From Trypanosoma brucei (taxonomy: Eukaryota), in the NCBI GenBank assembly GCA_000002445.1, contig CH464491.1, positions 1,248,001-1,312,000 of the forward strand: a stretch of DNA of 64,000 bases, written 5' to 3'. The position numbers and the translations under genes were made by a program. Of the stretch, positions 43,465 through 54,716 are shown piece by piece. The notes under the pieces are model-generated. The model did no database searches, had not been told where the DNA came from, and saw only the letters and a list, made by a program, of their open reading frames with translations. The stretch's first letter is position 1; each line of letters opens with the position of its first letter.

Positions 43465-44184
43465 ATGCAGGTGCGTCGCGCCACGATGGAAGATATGTAC
43501 CAAATGCAGCACTGCAACCTACGCTGCCTGCCCGAGAACTATAACCTGCGGTATTACCTTTACCACATTCTTTCGTGGCCACAGCTGCTGTACGTTCAGG
43601 AGGATAACAACGGCAATGTTGTAGGTTATGTTCTCGCCAAGATGGAAGAAGAGGAGCACGCAGAGAAGGTGTTTGGACACATCACAAGTATTGCCGTCCT
43701 ACGAACGCACCGGCGCCTAGGTATTGCGTCGCGGGTGATGAATGCCGCGCTGCATGAAATGGAGCACGAATACGACGCCAACTTCTGCTCTCTCCACGTT
43801 CGTAAGACAAATGATGCCGCTCTTCATCTGTACCAGAATACCCTCAACTTTCGCTGTGCTAATGTAGAAAGTAAGTACTACGTTGATGAGGAAGATGCCT
43901 ATCATATGAAGCGTTTCTTTAAGGGAACAAACCCAGGCTTCTATGTGACAGAAAGTAGGCAACTCGTACGCCAACCAAACACAGGGGCTGGTGCGGCAGC
44001 CGGGTCCGCCGCAGAAGCTAGTGGTCAACGGCCAGACAAAAAGAACTCCGTAGACAAGCAGAAGGAGCAGTTGGAACTGGCGGCAGAACTCCTTGAAGAG
44101 GATCTTAAGAGCTCCGGAAAGGGGCGGCGACAGCCGCATCAGCAACACCAAAAGGGCGGTAAGCACGGAAAAGGTAAAAAGTAA
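43465..44184 (+). CDS. NAA10: N-alpha-acetyltransferase catalytic subunit Naa10/ARD1 (NatA complex).
   Basis: The ATG at 43465 gives [63 protein letters not shown]...[21 protein letters not shown]...[20 protein letters not shown]. This is nearly collinear with human NAA10 ([47 protein letters not shown]...). It includes the GNAT acetyl-CoA motif R-x-x-G-x-A. The upstream ATG at 43381 lies before the AG acceptor and inside the polyY region, so I did not use it. Confidence 0.85.
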   Translation: MQVRRATMEDMYQMQHCNLRCLPENYNLRYYLYHILSWPQLLYVQEDNNGNVVGYVLAKMEEEEHAEKVFGHITSIAVLRTHRRLGIASRVMNAALHEMEHEYDANFCSLHVRKTNDAALHLYQNTLNFRCANVESKYYVDEEDAYHMKRFFKGTNPGFYVTESRQLVRQPNTGAGAAAGSAAEASGQRPDKKNSVDKQKEQLELAAELLEEDLKSSGKGRRQPHQQHQKGGKHGKGKK

Positions 44185-44506
44185 CGCTTAATGGGTGGGA
44201 ATAGTAACACCAAGGGGAAGGAGTCATGGGAACAAGTGGAAACAAAATTGTTCGACACGCACCGCTGAGGAGTGCCGGGGGTGAATGTTGGCTGTGTGCG
44301 TGTGTGTGTGTGTGTGTGAGCCAGGTTGTTGCATCCTCAATTTTGTGATATATTCACTCTTGGCTCACATTCACTTGACCATTCGCCAGTCCTTGTGTGG
44401 GTGAAGCGCTGACGCTCTCGAAGTGCATCATATGAGGTGTGCATTCCTCTGCTTTTCAATGGCCTGGGAATCCCTATTCTTTTCGGGTTCTTGTCTTTCC
44501 ACTTGC

Positions 44507-44508
<2 letters not shown>

Positions 44509-44538
<30 letters not shown>

Positions 44539-44545
44539 CATTGCT
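44509..44545 (+). repeat. (TTA)12 trinucleotide microsatellite in the intergenic region.
   Basis: The sequence ttattattattattattattattattattattatcattg is directly visible. It generates the poly-Ile, poly-Tyr and poly-Leu pseudo-ORFs in the track. Confidence 0.9.
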
Positions 44546-44635
44546 GCCGTCACTGCCTGTACTGTCAAAACTTCAAGCAACTGCTGCGATTTACTCTTTT
44601 TCATTTGTTGTTGTGGTTAATTTAAGCAACCTCTA

Positions 44636-45997
44636 ATGTACCAGCCACTCCTTGAGGCACCTGCGGGGTCGCCTAGCGCTGTTGTGGGCGACAGGCTTAT
44701 TGGTGAAGCTGCGGGGTCCCTCTTTGGTGGTAGCGACCGTGCGGCCTTCGAGGCTCAAGGCGGTGCTTACTACCCACCGTGGCGTCCGGCGAACGCAAAT
44801 GTGATATCTGGCGGCCGGTACCGAGCAGCGGGGTCCGGCATAATGGCGACGTGGCAGCGATGGCCCTTGTATAGACTGCAAACGGTGCTACGGCCTCTTA
44901 CATCATTGTTTCCTCTCCTGCGGGTGGTGTTTCCCTTCGCTGTGCCGGGTCAAGATAGGTGCCCGCAGCTGTGCGCAGCGGCGTTCGCTGAGCGTGTTAC
45001 TGCTATCTCGTTTCATCCGGTACGCATGATATTGGCTGCTGCTGTGAATGAGGGTAACGACTGCTCGCGCGTCGTTGTGTATGATGTGGCAGAGGGGCGG
45101 GAGGAGTGTGTTCTCACTCACGCTTTTCAGCGCCAAACTTGCTGCCTTGCGTGGAAGCCCTTGTCGCGTGATGTGCTTGCGGTCGGGTGTAACGGCGGTG
45201 TGCTGTTGTGGAGCCTCACCTTTAACATGTCACCAGCTGGGCAGGCTGTGCTTGGCAATGGCAATCTCACTCATAGATCTGTTGTCAATGGTACAGAGAG
45301 TAGTGCACCGTATTGTCTTTTCTATCGCTGTGCGAAGAATGTAGTTGTTACATGCATACGGTTCTCGTGCCGTGATGGGCGTTACCTTGCCTGCGGTAGT
45401 GCGAAGCATGCCGCACTACACTTCCATGACATTCGGCTGCAACCGTCAAAGTCGCTGCTGTTGCGGAACGTATCAGTTGAAGGCGCAACGCAGGACGTGT
45501 TGTTTGCCGACGACGATTCTTTCGCAATTCGCTTGGTTTGTGGCACGAGTGTGTTGGTGCTGCTGCAATTTCCGAGTTGTGCTGCCAATGTTGTGCCCAC
45601 AGCAGCACCAGTGTTGGGTGTGACGAAGGCTCGAGGGCTTGGGCCCAATTATTTCTTTCTCCACTGTCATCACGTGGAGGGTGTGTTTGTGGCGCACATT
45701 AATCCATTCGTCGGTGTGCATGTTATTGGTCTTATTTCAACAGGCATTCACCGTGGTGTCGGTGGTGCTGTACGGTGTGTTGCAAGCAGTGACAGGCGAC
45801 TGTTCGTTGCGCTAGAGACTGGCCATCTTCTAGTCATGCATTACGGACGGCGAGGTGTTTTCACCCTAATACCAGTAGGCACGGCAGAAATAGGCACTGA
45901 GTGCATGGCAGTGTTTGATGGCTGCACGTATGGGTCGTTGCTTGCTGTTGTGGAAGCGGACCAGTCTGTGTCATTTGTTCCTGCGTATCATGCATAA
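44636..45997 (+). CDS. Hypothetical protein (453 aa), possibly a beta-propeller/WD-like fold.
   Basis: It starts with ATG after a polyY tract. It has a Gly/Ala-rich N-terminus. Then it has repeated beta-strand-like hydrophobic blocks that end in short VVVYDV, LAVGC and LLW motifs, reminiscent of WD blades. No firm domain call is possible. Confidence 0.45.
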   Translation: MYQPLLEAPAGSPSAVVGDRLIGEAAGSLFGGSDRAAFEAQGGAYYPPWRPANANVISGGRYRAAGSGIMATWQRWPLYRLQTVLRPLTSLFPLLRVVFPFAVPGQDRCPQLCAAAFAERVTAISFHPVRMILAAAVNEGNDCSRVVVYDVAEGREECVLTHAFQRQTCCLAWKPLSRDVLAVGCNGGVLLWSLTFNMSPAGQAVLGNGNLTHRSVVNGTESSAPYCLFYRCAKNVVVTCIRFSCRDGRYLACGSAKHAALHFHDIRLQPSKSLLLRNVSVEGATQDVLFADDDSFAIRLVCGTSVLVLLQFPSCAANVVPTAAPVLGVTKARGLGPNYFFLHCHHVEGVFVAHINPFVGVHVIGLISTGIHRGVGGAVRCVASSDRRLFVALETGHLLVMHYGRRGVFTLIPVGTAEIGTECMAVFDGCTYGSLLAVVEADQSVSFVPAYHA

Positions 45998-46919
45998 GAG
46001 GCCACGATGATATTCGGGCGGAAGGATGGGGGAAGATTGAACGATGCCCACACCCCTTTTTTGCACAGAAAGACATGGTGGTTGGGGAAGGCGAATCACA
46101 GCATAAGGTCTGAGGGGAACTAGGGACCAGGGTGTAAGGAGTTGAAGGAAGGTACTAGAGGCGGCTGCGTGTCTGCAAGTGCATGGGGACGTCTGGAATA
46201 TGAGCAATAAGGGTTGATGTCGAGGCCGAATGGCGTGCAGGATGAGCAAGAAGTGTCTCTTCGATAAAAACACTGTATGAGATGATGTTTGTGATCATGA
46301 GCTCACAAGTAAAGCATTTCAACACTACACATCCCCACTTTTTACTTTTTATTAACAAGCATCTCTGTTTCGTACACATACATGCGCTTTTGAGAGTACA
46401 AATGCATCCCCTATGGGGGTGCATTGTTGTGTCTGCACGCTCCATGACTCTTCCTCTGATTGTTTGATGGCTTTGGTGTCACCCGTCCTTCCCTTTTTAT
46501 GCGTGTTAGCCCTTGTTTGTTACTTTACGGCTTTCGTCATAAGAGAAGTACATCCTGCCGTTATTGATCTCTCTGTATCTATGCCTGGTTGCGTTCAAGC
46601 ACGTGCAAGCCATTTGTGTGCATCCCAGCACCCATTCCCCCCCATATTGATGACTATGCATATTATCATCGGCATTCTTCTTTTTGGGTTTTCTAGGGGT
46701 GCACTTAAAGAAAGAGTTGCGAACCACAGAGGTGGGTAGTGTCCACTGTGCTGTCGGGAACTCGCAACCGCATTTGTACTCGCGTGTTAAGGCGCCGCTA
46801 CCACCAAACGGCGGCCACCGCTTTCGAGCCAACAACGGAAGGAGAAACTAGAGGAGAGAATACAAAGTGAAAGGCCCGGTTGTAACGGGGTGCCGTGGAC
46901 AATATATTACCACTAGAAA

Positions 46920-47819
46920 ATGTCGAATGCACTTGAGAGCATCACTGCGGCGACGCAGCTTCGGCGCGCGGTGATGGAGGCCCAGCGGGAGTTAGACGCC
47001 AAACGCGAGCTGTATTTGACCCGCATGGCCCGTGCGCATGAGATAGAGGAGACCATTGCGCAGGGCCGCGCGAAGCTGCAAGACAAACTTGTGCGATACT
47101 ACAAGTTTATTCAGGACAACGAGGTGAAACGTTCTCGTGCCATGCGTAAGGCAGTTACGGAGGAGCGCATTCGCAAGGAACGTGAGGCGCAGGTAGAGGA
47201 ACTTACTAAAAAGCTTCAGAATCTGCACGATCGCAGCGAAGAGCTTCGAGGGTTATACGATGTATATTCGAGGTACCAACGTTACCTTGAGGAGGTGCTG
47301 CAGCGCAATGATAGTGACGAATATCAGGGGCCGCGCGACATCATACAGCGGTGGAACACACTGCATGAAAACACAAAGGTGTTGCAGCGGCGTAAAACGC
47401 AGCTAGAGGAAGAGCTTCTGAGGAACAAGAATGCTCTAAACGTGAAACGACAGCGAAAGAACAATGAGAGTGTACAACTGCAGAACCAACTTAATGAGTT
47501 GCAGGCGAGATTTGGACAGCTCCAGAAGAATATTAAAATTAAACAGGACGAGCTTGAGCGGTGCATCAGTCAAAGAAGTACCACCTCACGTACCATTAGC
47601 CATGTGCGAATGGCTTGTAAGAACCTTTACGATCGCTGCATCACGTGGACAGCGCCGTACTCAGGCCGCGGTAAGTTTGAGTCCAGGGAGGCGGACGTGC
47701 TTTTTCAACTTCATGTTATTGGCGACTGCTTGCGTGACTTCCAGGACGTGATTGAGGCACACCATCAACGACAGCAGCAACTGGCCTTGGCACGCGCCTC
47801 CAGAGATGATGACGCGTGA
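46920..47819 (+). CDS. Coiled-coil protein (299 aa), possibly a flagellar DUF4200/CCDC42-like coiled-coil protein (weak call).
   Basis: It starts with ATG. About 250 residues are continuous heptad-pattern sequence rich in E, R, K, L and Q. There is a short non-helical C-terminal tail (…LHVIGDCLRDFQDVIEAHHQRQQQ…). Confidence 0.55.
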   Translation: MSNALESITAATQLRRAVMEAQRELDAKRELYLTRMARAHEIEETIAQGRAKLQDKLVRYYKFIQDNEVKRSRAMRKAVTEERIRKEREAQVEELTKKLQNLHDRSEELRGLYDVYSRYQRYLEEVLQRNDSDEYQGPRDIIQRWNTLHENTKVLQRRKTQLEEELLRNKNALNVKRQRKNNESVQLQNQLNELQARFGQLQKNIKIKQDELERCISQRSTTSRTISHVRMACKNLYDRCITWTAPYSGRGKFESREADVLFQLHVIGDCLRDFQDVIEAHHQRQQQLALARASRDDDA

Positions 47820-48013
47820 GACTGAAGGTGCACAGAGACATACGCGTTAATGGATATGACGCTCCTGAATATATGATTACTGTTGAGTCCGTGGCATAAG
47901 CATGGCGAAAGCGTCAGGCACGAGGCTATTTCCGAGCGACGACCGCCTTTCCTCTGTACCATGCCTGGTGAAGAGGGCCGAAGGAAGAGAAGAGATAGGC
48001 ACTGGTGGGCTTG

Positions 48014-48050
48014 TATATATATATATATATTTATTTATTTATCTATTTAG
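48014..48050 (+). repeat. (AT)n followed by (ATTT)n compound microsatellite.
   Basis: The sequence tatatatatatatatatatttatttatttatctatttag is directly visible. Confidence 0.9.
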
Positions 48051-48474
48051 TCGTTGCTGCAGCTTTTGTTACCGCACGTGGGGATGTATGGATGAATACT
48101 GTGTTTGGCAATGATACCTACACTGAACTCTGTATCAATACTGGAGAAAGTTTTATTTTTCTGCGTCTGTGGTCGTTGGTGGGATTGTGCGTTTGGGGCC
48201 TTTCTACACTTTTTGTTGATGTTTTCTCTCTATATATACCTTGTTCTTTTCGCCTCTTATCCTCTGAAATGGCGTATTCACTTCGGAAAAGAAAAGTGTG
48301 GGGAAAGGAAGTAAAGCAGTCAGAGAAGAGGAAGGGGTCCGCACCCAACCCAAATCGCAGCGGGGCAGTGGCCGACGTGCGTTTTGCAGTGTCGCCGTTA
48401 TTACCTCCACAGGGGCACTGGCAGTTGAACAAAAGGGGTAACAGTTGATCACATTCAGCTTTGGTGTGCAGTGA

Positions 48475-49344
48475 ATGATGACGTACCGGCCGTGCTGTAT
48501 TGTTTGCTGCTCAGACTGCGATACGGATGGTATCTTCACAAGTTGTCAACACTTCATATGTCCCCGCTGTGCTGGGCGTTATCCTCCGGGTCAATGTCCA
48601 CGTTGCCGGAAACCCTGTAAGGCCGTGAAGGCAGGTCCTGCCCTGCCGAAGGAAGTTGCCGACCGCGTTTCACATAACCCGCAGCATCTGTTGCAGCTGG
48701 CAGCACAGGCCCTTGACTTTCAGCGGCGACAGGAGCAGCAGTCCCTACAGCGGTTGCGGGAGCTAGTGACAACGCTGAATCAGAGCAACCGAAGCATGGC
48801 GTCACAGATTAGTGCCGCAAAGGCAGAGCGAGAGGAATTACTTACCACTATCAAACAATTGCAAAGACAATTGTATACCCAGCAACAGCAACAGAGCCAG
48901 CAGCAACTTCAGCTTCACACTTCTCAACGAACGTCGGATGTTCCGGCGATCAGTAATGACGGAAGAAGCTGTGGCGTGACAACATATAATGGAGGTGTGG
49001 CGGCCGCCGTGAAGCGGTCCACGCCCGTTCATGCCAGTGGCCCGCCCGGTTTCACAAATGGTGCACCGGCTGCCCGGGGTTGGCTTTCGTCTCCAGCCCC
49101 ATCCAATGGTGCCGCCGATGCCTTCACACCACTTGGCTGGGGTCAGTCAAAGCGGTCACGCGAGGAAGGTCCGCAGACACCAACAAACACTGAGCAGACG
49201 CGCTTCCGCCTCGCAACACCGGCGATTACATTGCGCAATGTACTTACGGGATCACGGGAGACCACCCCGCGGAATCGTATGGATTGCGTTGGTACTATGG
49301 CACCTCCCAGGCCCCTGCAGAGTCTTTTGTGCCGTGGCCCGTAA
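48475..49344 (+). CDS. RING-finger (C3HC4) protein with a glutamine-rich coiled-coil segment; a putative E3 ubiquitin ligase.
   Basis: It starts with ATG (MMTYRPCCIVCCSDCDTDGIFTSCQHFICPRCAGRYPPGQCPRC). This gives C8-x2-C11-x12-C24-x-H26-x2-C29-x2-C32-x8-C41-x2-C44, a canonical RING spacing. A coiled-coil follows (LQRLRELVTTLNQSN...) together with a QQQQQSQQQLQL tract. Confidence 0.65.
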   Translation: MMTYRPCCIVCCSDCDTDGIFTSCQHFICPRCAGRYPPGQCPRCRKPCKAVKAGPALPKEVADRVSHNPQHLLQLAAQALDFQRRQEQQSLQRLRELVTTLNQSNRSMASQISAAKAEREELLTTIKQLQRQLYTQQQQQSQQQLQLHTSQRTSDVPAISNDGRSCGVTTYNGGVAAAVKRSTPVHASGPPGFTNGAPAARGWLSSPAPSNGAADAFTPLGWGQSKRSREEGPQTPTNTEQTRFRLATPAITLRNVLTGSRETTPRNRMDCVGTMAPPRPLQSLLCRGP

Positions 49345-49345
49345 G

Positions 49346-49366
49346 GGTGTGTGTGTGTGTGTGTGG
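49346..49366 (+). repeat. (GT)n microsatellite.
   Basis: The sequence gtgtgtgtgtgtgtgtgtg is directly visible, just after the RING-gene stop codon. Confidence 0.9.
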
Positions 49367-50353
49367 AGGGAAAAGACGTTTATTCGCCATTTCAGGGGGG
49401 GGGGCATTGATGCCTTCTCACAAAATCAAGGTTGGTGAATGCACACCTGATCAAAGGCCATCAACTTTTCCACTTTTGAAATAATACTATCTTATTGATG
49501 TTGTTACTCCTTTGTTTTGTTTTCATGATGTATTCTCTCTTGTGGAACATTTATGTTTATTTTCACTCCTCGTCACTACCATAACATCAGTGCAAACCCA
49601 CATGGACGCCGCATTTGCCCAACAGTGTGGCGAGGTCCGCTCTACAGTGCCTGTGGGATGTCAACTGTTTTACTTGTTAGTCATCGTTTCCGTGATTTGC
49701 TATATTATTCTGTCATTATCACTCTGCTCCTTTTTCTTGCCAACGACATGAAACTTCTATTTGTCCCCTTCACAATCCAGCTTGTCCCCTGACCCCGATA
49801 ATGAGAAGGGAGAGGTCATAAAGTTCATATCATTGCACATTGTCGCGCTCTCCCTTAATTATCCCTTATGGCCTCTTTCTTCTTTCCCCCGTGCTGTCGT
49901 GCTCTCAATCTCTCATTGCAACCGAACTTCGCTTCCTTCCGTTCATTCCTTACTTCTATCGGGGATTAAGCAATAAACCAGAAAACAAATATATTGCAAG
50001 ACTTGGTTGCTCTTATCGGCAGGGGCTGCTACTTTTTGGGATTGCAGCTGTCACAAGGTTCCTTCACCGGTTGTTGTTCATATTACTCCGTAGCATTGTC
50101 GAGAGCTTGTGCTTACGGTGTAGCTTAATTGACGGCCGCGCGCATTAGCAGTTGAAGTAAGAAATTTCTGCCCTTCCCCTTCCCTGCTCACCCCCTTTTT
50201 TTTCTTTCTTGACATTCCACTCACCTTTCCTCGGGTGCACACATTTAAGGAGGAACGTAGGGGAAAAGGTGTGAGCTAGAGTGGACAAACGTCCCCCCCT
50301 TTTTGGCGTGCATCAATCTATTACATAGTGAGCTGGATAACTTTCTCTTGTCC

Positions 50354-50965
50354 ATGTCTGTGAAGACGCTTGCCGCCCCAACAAAGAAGTACAAAATTGT
50401 CCTTTTGGGCGATAGCGGTGTTGGTAAATCATCCCTCGTACAGCGGCTCGCGAAGAATGAGTGGTGCGACAACCAAAACTCAACGGTAGGCGCGTCTTTC
50501 CTCCGGTACGTGTGTACTGTAGGGGATACAGCTGTAAACTTCGATATTTGGGACACTGCCGGTCAGGAACGCTACAAAAGTCTGGCATCCATGTATTACC
50601 GGGGCGCTGCTGCTGCACTTGTGGTGTATGAAATCCCGTCATGGGAAACATTTGAGCGGGCGAAACATTGGGTGCGGGAACTCGCAACTAACTCACCCGA
50701 GACAATTGTCATACTTGTGGGAAATAAAAGCGACCTAAGGGGGACTAGCGGTTGTGTGAGTAGTGAAGAGGCGGCAACATATGCCCGGGAACTCAATTTG
50801 CTGTTCAGTGAAGCGAGTGCAAAAGACGGTAGTGGTGTAAGTGAAGTATTCATGCAGATTGCGCAGCGGCTTGTAGCGTCGAATAATAATAACACTGTTC
50901 ATAGCGGTGGTGTGTTGGGAGGTCAGCCGAATTCCACTAGGCGAAGTTCCGGTTGCTGTGGTTGA
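50354..50965 (+). CDS. RAB5: Rab5-family small GTPase; by local gene order it is probably the T. brucei RAB5B paralog.
   Basis: The track ORF starts at a TTG at 50303; the first ATG is at 50354 (MSVKTLAAPTKKYKIVLLGDSGVGKSS). The motifs are G1 GDSGVGKS, WDTAGQERY and YYRGAAAALVVYEI (compare Rab5 YYRGAQAAIVVYDIT), then G4 GNKSDL, SAK, and a C-terminal CC prenylation motif (…SSGCCG). Confidence 0.85.
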   Translation: MSVKTLAAPTKKYKIVLLGDSGVGKSSLVQRLAKNEWCDNQNSTVGASFLRYVCTVGDTAVNFDIWDTAGQERYKSLASMYYRGAAAALVVYEIPSWETFERAKHWVRELATNSPETIVILVGNKSDLRGTSGCVSSEEAATYARELNLLFSEASAKDGSGVSEVFMQIAQRLVASNNNNTVHSGGVLGGQPNSTRRSSGCCG

Positions 50966-53090
50966 AGCACTGCATGTTGTTGATTTCCGTTAGAGTGTTT
51001 TCGAACTCACTCACTCATGAGCGAGTTGAGTGGGTGTGTGAGTTCTTTTTTTTTTCTTTTCATCTGATTTGTTTTCTTTCATGGGAGAGGTGGTTTTCAA
51101 AGAGTGGAAGAAGAAGAAAGGATCGAGGAGGGTGAGGAAATTTCGTTAAGGGTTTTAGCTGTCCGCGTTTGGACCTTACTTTTTTGTTCTCACTCTCTTT
51201 CTTGTTTCACTTTGTTTTTTTCCTTCGTTTTACTGTTAGTTGGTGGTGTATTGTTTGTCGTGAACCTCACCTCTAAGACGCGCGGCATCCTTCTCTTTAC
51301 CTCTCACCACCGCTCGCGGGCTTATCTTTTTCTTGTTTTTTTTGTTTCGAGCCTTCTTGTTCCGCCATCATCATTATTATTGTTGTTATTATTCCCACTT
51401 CTTCCACTAGTGCTTTTACCACTTTCATTGGTTTTTTTTGCGGTGCCGCTAATGCGTTTGGTTCATTACCGTTTCATAACTCATGCCCACATAACACCAA
51501 TGAACTTTTGCCGTTTTGTTGTTGTAAAGAGAGGAAAACAGAAGAAGAAGAAAATGAAAACGTGATGAAGGCTGAAACAAAACAGTGAGAGGCGATGTAC
51601 CACCAGAGGTTGAGAAGGAACAGGAGGAATAGAAACGATAATGTGATGTTGAGGGTAACCGCCACAAGTAGTTATAACTTTTGAGAAGGTAAACATAAAG
51701 AGAAGGGAAGGGATAACAAGAGCTGATTTTCAAGAAAATAAATGCGCTTGTGTGCATGTGTATGTACTGGTGTCCCTCACTCCCTCTCCCTTTCTCTCTC
51801 TTTGTGGAGGTACTTAAGGAATTGGAGTTATAGATACAAATATGAGAGAAGAGGGAGGTAAAAAAAAAAAGAAAGAAACGGCTTTGAATTACCCACGATA
51901 CATGCATTCGTGTTCTGCCGAACTTCGCCTTCTCTTATGTGTTCAATTTCCCCTCGCTTCATTTCCATCCGTTTTGGTTCACTTTGCTTTTTTTTTTCTT
52001 TGTTATGTATAGGTACCGCCTTTAAGTGTTTTTGTGTTTGGGTGCACGGCCATCCTGTGCGATCTGCGAGTTGTTTCTGTTGCATCCGGAGGATGACCGC
52101 GCATTTCAGATTGTTATATTCATCTTTGCTTGTATCTCTCTCTCCCTCTCAAACACGTAAATACATGTATGCCTCCCCCTTTATTAAGATTGTTTTATTC
52201 GTTTCACTGTTACTCTTCCTGTCCGAATACGGTAACTTTAAACTTCTCTTTTTTTTTTCTCAAGAAAGTTCATTTTATGACGCGACAGTGAGACGGGTAC
52301 TCAAACTCTCACAGGTGTGTGCATTTAACATAGGGTTATTTTATATTGTTATGGCGTTTATGTGGTAATTTGTTACAAGTCAGCCGACAACCACTTAGTT
52401 TTAATTGCACGTGTTTGTGTGGGTCCCGGGTTTCAAAAAAGGAATTGCGAATTTTTGCTCCTCCAACATGTGGTTTCCACCAAATGTGTAGCGATACCCA
52501 CATGTTTCGGACGCCAGAGTACTCGGGGGTGTGGGAGTGGTTTCGACCAAAAAAGTGCGACGAGCGGGGGCCAAAGGACGTGCATGTCAGTATGTTTGAA
52601 CTGATGCAACTGATTTCATATTTTCTACCTCAGTGAATATCTTGACTTACGTATTTTCACTCACACTTCTGTCGCCCTCACCAATACATCGTTGCCTTGT
52701 CTTTCGATGATTGAAAGTGTTGGATGGGTTTACTGAAAGGGGCGGCTGATACTTGTCCTTGTGTTGATACTTTTGTGCGATTCAAGAATTCGACCATGTG
52801 GTAGATTCCGGAGGGCACCGCATGAATTTCCCACACCAGTACAAAAATCGGCATCGTTGATGTTTAAATTGTTTGTCTAACGGATTGGCGTTGCGCCTGC
52901 TCACCACCTCCCCTCCCACGTCTGCAAGTAACTCATTTGTGTTTCTGCTCCTGTCTATCCGTTGCTATTTCTCTCCCTTTTTTTTTTCTGTTTCGCTTGC
53001 CTTTGTTACCACCCACTTGGCTTTCCATCTTTCTTTGGATCCTCTTCAAAATGGTCGAACGAAAAGAAAGGAAGTGGGAACCCGCGACTG

Positions 53091-53924
53091 ATGCCATCAG
53101 TGTTGGTCTTCCTGCGGGATGCACTCGCTCACTACGAGTCGGGTGAGTTATGTACCGCCCGACAGGCGGCAGAAGAGGCTCTTCATGCCGCACAGCCGCA
53201 CGAACACGAAGCGTTCGCGGATTCATTGCTTCTTTTGGGGAACATTAGTGCTGCGGAGGGCGACTTCATTACGGCAGAGCGGTACGCTGCAACGTGTAGT
53301 TGCTACGTTGAGGAACATTTGGGCCCGCAACACAATGGAGCCGCAGTGGTGAGGCTTAACCGGGCTATATTTTTGTTAGAGAGCCTTCGTGTGCAATCCG
53401 TTACCACCGTGGCAGTTGTGGAGGAGGCGCATGCGCTTCTGCTGGAGGCGGAGCAGCTCCTTGTGAATGTTTGTCATGTGGGGCGACTGGTGTTAGCGGA
53501 GGTGCTTCATAACATCGGGGTGTGTTGCGCACTTCTTGGGCGTTATGTTGCAGCCTTAACGGCGTACATGCGGTCCATGCAAATACGCGTAAGGTTTAAG
53601 GATGCTGCGAGGGTTACGGATCTTAAACTCGCCTTGACAATGGAGCAGGTAGCACTGCTTTACCGTTTAATGGATGAGCCAAAGCGGCAGGAAGCCGCGC
53701 TGCTGATGGAAGTCGTAGCCTCAACCCGCAGGCAACTTCTCGGCCCACATCATCCACTTTTAGCCGCAGCCGTTCTTGCGCAGGGTGTCATTGCTGCTGA
53801 ACTCGGCCAGCGGTGTCGGGCGCAATCATTTCTTCGCAACGCCCTTGAAATGTTTTTGAGCCTTTACGGCAAGGAATCGTTCCAACTCCAATGCGCGGAG
53901 CGGCTGCTCGCTGAAGTATCGTGA
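53091..53924 (+). CDS. Hypothetical TPR-like helical repeat protein (277 aa).
   Basis: The track ORF starts at a TTG at 52962 and translates the polyY tract. The first in-frame ATG is at 53091 (MPSVLVFLRDALAHYESGEL...). It shows repeated A/L-rich helix pairs (…LLLLGNISAAEGDFITAERYAA…, …VLHNIGVCCALLGRYVAALTAYMRSMQI…), as in TPR and kinesin-light-chain-like repeats. Confidence 0.5.
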   Translation: MPSVLVFLRDALAHYESGELCTARQAAEEALHAAQPHEHEAFADSLLLLGNISAAEGDFITAERYAATCSCYVEEHLGPQHNGAAVVRLNRAIFLLESLRVQSVTTVAVVEEAHALLLEAEQLLVNVCHVGRLVLAEVLHNIGVCCALLGRYVAALTAYMRSMQIRVRFKDAARVTDLKLALTMEQVALLYRLMDEPKRQEAALLMEVVASTRRQLLGPHHPLLAAAVLAQGVIAAELGQRCRAQSFLRNALEMFLSLYGKESFQLQCAERLLAEVS

Positions 53925-54232
53925 GGGCCTGCCATACGTTGCGGAGTCATAAGCATAGAACAAACACAATTATATAAATCCATACATGCGTACATTGGTT
54001 TAAATGCCTTTCCTTTGATCCCCTGCATATGCATGTATATATATATATATACGTATTTTATTTATTTACATCTTCACTTCCTGTTCAAATACGTACTAAG
54101 GGGAGGATGCTGGGAACAGGAACAACGGTGGAACAATTCCTTTGCCCTTTTTGTTACTTATCTTTGCGTTTCGCCCTCATTGTGTGTTGGTGCTGCGTGT
54201 CCCATCCATTTGTTTGTCACCTCCTTCTCTCG

Positions 54233-54234
<2 letters not shown>

Positions 54235-54270
<36 letters not shown>

Positions 54271-54282
54271 TTATTTATTTAT
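54235..54282 (+). repeat. (AT)16 followed by (TTTA)4 compound microsatellite.
   Basis: The sequence atatatatatatatatatatatatatatatatttatttatttatttatg is directly visible. Confidence 0.9.
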
Positions 54283-54694
54283 GTATGCTTGTGTTCAGTT
54301 CTTTACCTTCTCCCTTTTTTTTTCTCTTGTATTTTGTGCTCTTCCTTTTTTTTTTACACTTGCTCTGTATATCATTCAACGAGGTGGTAAAAACGAAAAC
54401 ACACAACAGAGAAAGAAAAGAAAGGAAAGGTGAAAACAATTTCAAGGGAAATCAAGTACAACACACCCTATTACCATCGTTATCATTATTGTTGCTTAAC
54501 ACCGCAAAAAAACAAGAAAAGTGAAAAAAAAAAGACTCTGGCACCTAGGCGGATTTGAAACACCAACAGGAAGATAAGGAAAAGTAAAACAAATACAAAG
54601 GTGGACTACATATTTTTGATTGTGCACGACCGAAAGGATACTGAATCAAACGCCTTTAGGGGAAAAGAAATATAGGGAGACTCAGTGATTTTTA

Positions 54695-54716
54695 ATATAT
54701 ATATATATATATATAT
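54695..54716 (+). repeat. (AT)11 microsatellite upstream of PKAR.
   Basis: The sequence atatatatatatatatatatat is directly visible. Confidence 0.9.

Noticed and set aside
51104-52368. Two 150-aa ORFs in the 2.1-kb gap between the Rab5 gene and the TPR-like gene.
   Set aside because: Both are translations of polypyrimidine tracts (LLLLLFPLLPLVLLPLSLVFF, LCFFFSLLCIG) with no start-codon context. I interpret the region as UTR and intergenic sequence.
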